Assembly (NCBI GenBank): GCA_040776905.1
Contig: JAXGZQ010000004.1
Location: forward strand, 13,667-77,666
Length of the DNA: 64,000 nt
Source of the DNA: Clostridia bacterium
Lineage (GTDB): Bacteria; Bacillota; Clostridia; Saccharofermentanales; UBA5734
Direction: 5' to 3'
In this document: positions 62,901-64,000 of the stretch, in pieces
Layout of the letters: every line of letters starts with the position of its first letter
Numbering within the stretch: the stretch's first letter is position 1
Notes under the pieces: model-generated
The model's database searches: none
What the model was told of the DNA's origin: nothing
What the model saw: only the letters and a program-made list of their open reading frames with translations
Program-made: the position numbers and the translations under genes

Positions 62901-63689
62901 GTTCAGGACATCCATGCGAAATGACACGCGTGGTTTACTTAAAACATCCAGGACAGCGATCGCATCATCGTATAGTGCCTGAGCGTTGGTGTATCGCTCA
63001 TCGACCCACTTTCGCTCAATGACCTTACTGGTGTACTGATGGTTATCGATATACTCCTGCCCGCCATTGACAGAGGCGATCGAAAGTCCATCCTTGCCGA
63101 TTGGGTAGAGCCGGGTTGCCAGCTCATAAGAATCTGACTGATAATCACGATCCTTCAGGTTCAGTTCACTGTAAACATACGCCCCACGATCCATCCCACG
63201 CCTGGTATAGAATCTGGCAGTCTTATTTAAGGTATCGAACCAGACTTCACAGCCATAGACCGTGCAGCATTCCAGAACGATCTGGTAGACTGATACATTG
63301 GTCAGCTTAATCGTTCGCAGTTTGCTGTTGGCATCAACCAATTGATATGTCCACCCGGTTCCAGCCAAAACAGAAGCAAGTGTCGCTTCGAGGGTTCCTG
63401 ATTCTATTTCTAAGGTCAGGTATGCCTTCCCGCGCAAGCTGTCGAGGTTGAGTTTCCCAAAAACCTCGTAGAAGTCCTCGTCGCTAGTGTTGATTTCCTT
63501 AATCACAAACTCATCGGTTGCCGATTGCAGGTAGAATTCCTGCTGAAGCAGCGACCGCGAAATGGCTGACTTGGGCAGGTTGAAGTGAATCAGCTTGTCG
63601 GCGGTGGCCAGATCCGACTCGATGGAGAAGTCTTTAAGCTGTGAAAGCAGGGCAACCATCGCCCCGCTTTCGTTTATGAGTTTGAGCAT
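59943..63689 (-). CDS. Phage tail-associated protein / tail fibre (prophage tail endopeptidase-type N-terminus, decapeptide-repeat shaft, C-terminal H-type lectin-like domain)
   Basis: 1248 aa. The N-terminus resembles phage minor structural / prophage-tail proteins. There are about 370 aa of xAITxxKIxx repeats. The C-terminal WTTVSFGKTFPSAPRVFGQ...MLKIRNITTTSFQATI...ANWFAI fits the H-type lectin pattern. Confidence 0.85.
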   Translation of the reverse strand: MLKLINESGAMVALLSQLKDFSIESDLATADKLIHFNLPKSAISRSLLQQEFYLQSATDEFVIKEINTSDEDFYEVFGKLNLDSLRGKAYLTLEIESGTLEATLASVLAGTGWTYQLVDANSKLRTIKLTNVSVYQIVLECCTVYGCEVWFDTLNKTARFYTRRGMDRGAYVYSELNLKDRDYQSDSYELATRLYPIGKDGLSIASVNGGQEYIDNHQYTSKVIERKWVDERYTNAQALYDDAIAVLDVLSKPRVSFRMDVLNLVGSRPEYAILDFQLGDTVRIFDKANQYTDTQRIVRLVEYPLTPEKNKADFSNSPIKYSGNSSKQIADLGQILSSTKAELNLAIDQVTALVMNGESGNVVMRYDELNQPYEILIMDTADINTATRVWRWNLSGLSFSGNGYAGPYTTAITMDGQIVANFISTGTLSADRIATHSLTADKLATGTITAESGVIADLAVANAKIVSIDAAKIATGYLAAERIEAGCVTTNKLAAGSITTDKLAAGAVTADKIIAGAIGVDSAIIAAGAITSAKIGDAQITTAKIAAGAITNALIETGAIGTAQIADGSITDAKIVGLTASKITAGTIDAANINVINLNASNLTVGTINGQQIGDGAVSTEKIAASAITTEKVALGAISATLIAADAITGDKIVASAITGDKIAASTITANNLVAGTITAASGILADAAITTAKISDLAVTDAKINSLAVTEAKIGSLAVTNGKIGNLAVTEGKIASLAVTNAKIADLAVTDAKIDNATITSAKIASIDAGKITTGSLDAARIAAESITVDKLDVRAKSLVNNYSNSGVLTGWTDTDGSVVSVSLGLAHRIVTTTNRVIYSDYFEVDPNQTYKVTLSIYCADADGIRYFGISAIDRSGAAVSVTPFTVSSRAFGTATTNFYFWSKSGSTGSWLNIEAYILGCDVIDQTEVPVGKVATSYCRMPSTCHRIRLRYLNYGTAGVSRTSYHFSPVVTPVNSGLIRAENVVAGTLKSVDSRSQINLNDGTFSFGSGALAWNGSALTAKGTFEAISGTQSAKLDAGSIRLLNSSVELGYLSIQTVGPTGPWLTAAAGATTINLAKVVGTSLYTAYKIDWGSTGSTSATHNFWGTTSFNGHPLSCGALTSGAISASGVVSCWRVEPHLDNNDRCGTTTKRWQAVHALEGYFNKLTIGTNTCWAAGTMSLTTASWTTVSFGKTFPSAPRVFGQYTHDFTGDIGMLKIRNITTTSFQATIGGSGFSGIAANWFAILV
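61396..61635 (-). repeat. Eight in-frame 30-nt tandem repeats (most regular part of a 1.1-kb decapeptide-repeat region, 61310-62430)
   Basis: ATCTTGGC-like cores recur at 61396, 61426, 61456, 61486, 61516, 61546, 61576 and 61606. They encode LAVT(D/E/N)(A/G)KI(x)(x). Confidence 0.85.
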
Positions 63690-63702
63690 GCTTGCCCTCC
63701 TT

Positions 63703-64000
63703 TCAGTTGTAAATGGGATAGTACTGGATCGTGATGTTGGCTGTTGAATGGCTAAAAATCACATCCGTCGTACCGGTCGGCAGCACTGGCCACTCGAACG
63801 CATTGTAGTTGGCTATGTCATTCACGCCATTTTTCAGGTAACGGTAGAGATACCCGTCAATCTCATGCGGTTTATTGGCCTCAAGATTCCTGATCCGAAA
63901 GTCGGTTGTACCCAGCCCATAAATCACAAATTCCGTGATCGCCACGGACGGGGTCACGGTGATCAGGCAAGGAGCAGGCAATACACCGAGGTTGGTGATG
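63703..64000 (-). CDS. Phage distal tail protein (Dit), C-terminal part; the N-terminus lies beyond the window
   Basis: The ORF is open to the window edge and sits immediately upstream of the tail-associated protein, the usual siphovirus order. Confidence 0.6.
   Translation of the reverse strand, partial: ITNLGVLPAPCLITVTPSVAITEFVIYGLGTTDFRIRNLEANKPHEIDGYLYRYLKNGVNDIANYNAFEWPVLPTGTTDVIFSHSTANITIQYYPIYN

Larger units (their letters stand above)
54454..64000 (-). mobile_element. Siphovirus-like prophage, left part (integration module, lysis, tail); continues beyond the window
   Basis: All genes lie on one strand in the order Dit, tail-associated protein, small ORFs, endolysin, holin, terminator, HTH / small ORF / two LSRs. 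Confidence 0.75.

Noticed and set aside
1-64000. tRNA, rRNA, tmRNA and CRISPR arrays across the whole window.
   Set aside because: Visual scanning found no T-loop/acceptor-like GGTTCGAATCC-type motifs, no rRNA-like stretches and no repeat-spacer arrays. This is a by-eye result, so tRNAscan-SE or Infernal should confirm it.

Overview
This 64-kb window comes from a fairly high-GC, Firmicutes-type chromosome that changes from conserved core to accessory DNA. I worked by eye only, with no searches or computations. I recognised no tRNA, rRNA or CRISPR array.

CORE (1-36 kb):
- A partial veg gene, then fhs.
- A small SRP RNA directly upstream of dnaX-ybaB-recR.
- A mazG-yabO-divIC block.
- A 13-kb, nine-gene minus-strand operon. 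It joins L-rhamnose genes (rhaB, a class II aldolase-domain protein, rhaA) to a PHP phosphoesterase, a complete E2-E3-E1 2-oxoacid/acetoin-type dehydrogenase complex with a single-chain E1 alpha-beta, an SrlD-like SDR and a SorE-like Zn-dehydrogenase.
- A doubly damaged PAS-GGDEF pseudogene and an acyl-CoA ligase.
- A gntK / LarA-like / gnd gluconate operon.
- A PAS-GGDEF-HD-GYP protein and a membrane pyrophosphatase.

INTERMEDIATE (36-43.5 kb, visibly lower GC):
- A divergent acyl-CoA synthetase and serine-palmitoyltransferase-like pair.
- A GTPase-DUF697 gene translationally coupled to an M15 lipoprotein peptidase.
- A large beta-helix/Ig-like surface protein.

ACCESSORY (43.9-64 kb):
- An AT-rich island (about 43.9-51.7 kb) encoding seven envelope proteins with no recognisable enzymatic domain. 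They are built from FCxxCG...FCxxCG zinc ribbons, lipoproteins, a FecR ectodomain and a PDG-repeat protein. This is my best candidate for an undescribed system.
- Two pairs of large serine recombinases arranged tail-to-tail with only 10 bp between their stop codons.
- The left end of a siphovirus-like prophage that runs off the window: an HTH-Zn protein, an unlisted SHOCT-like small ORF, holin, NlpC/P60-LysM endolysin, a 1248-aa tail protein with 30-nt periodic repeats, and Dit.
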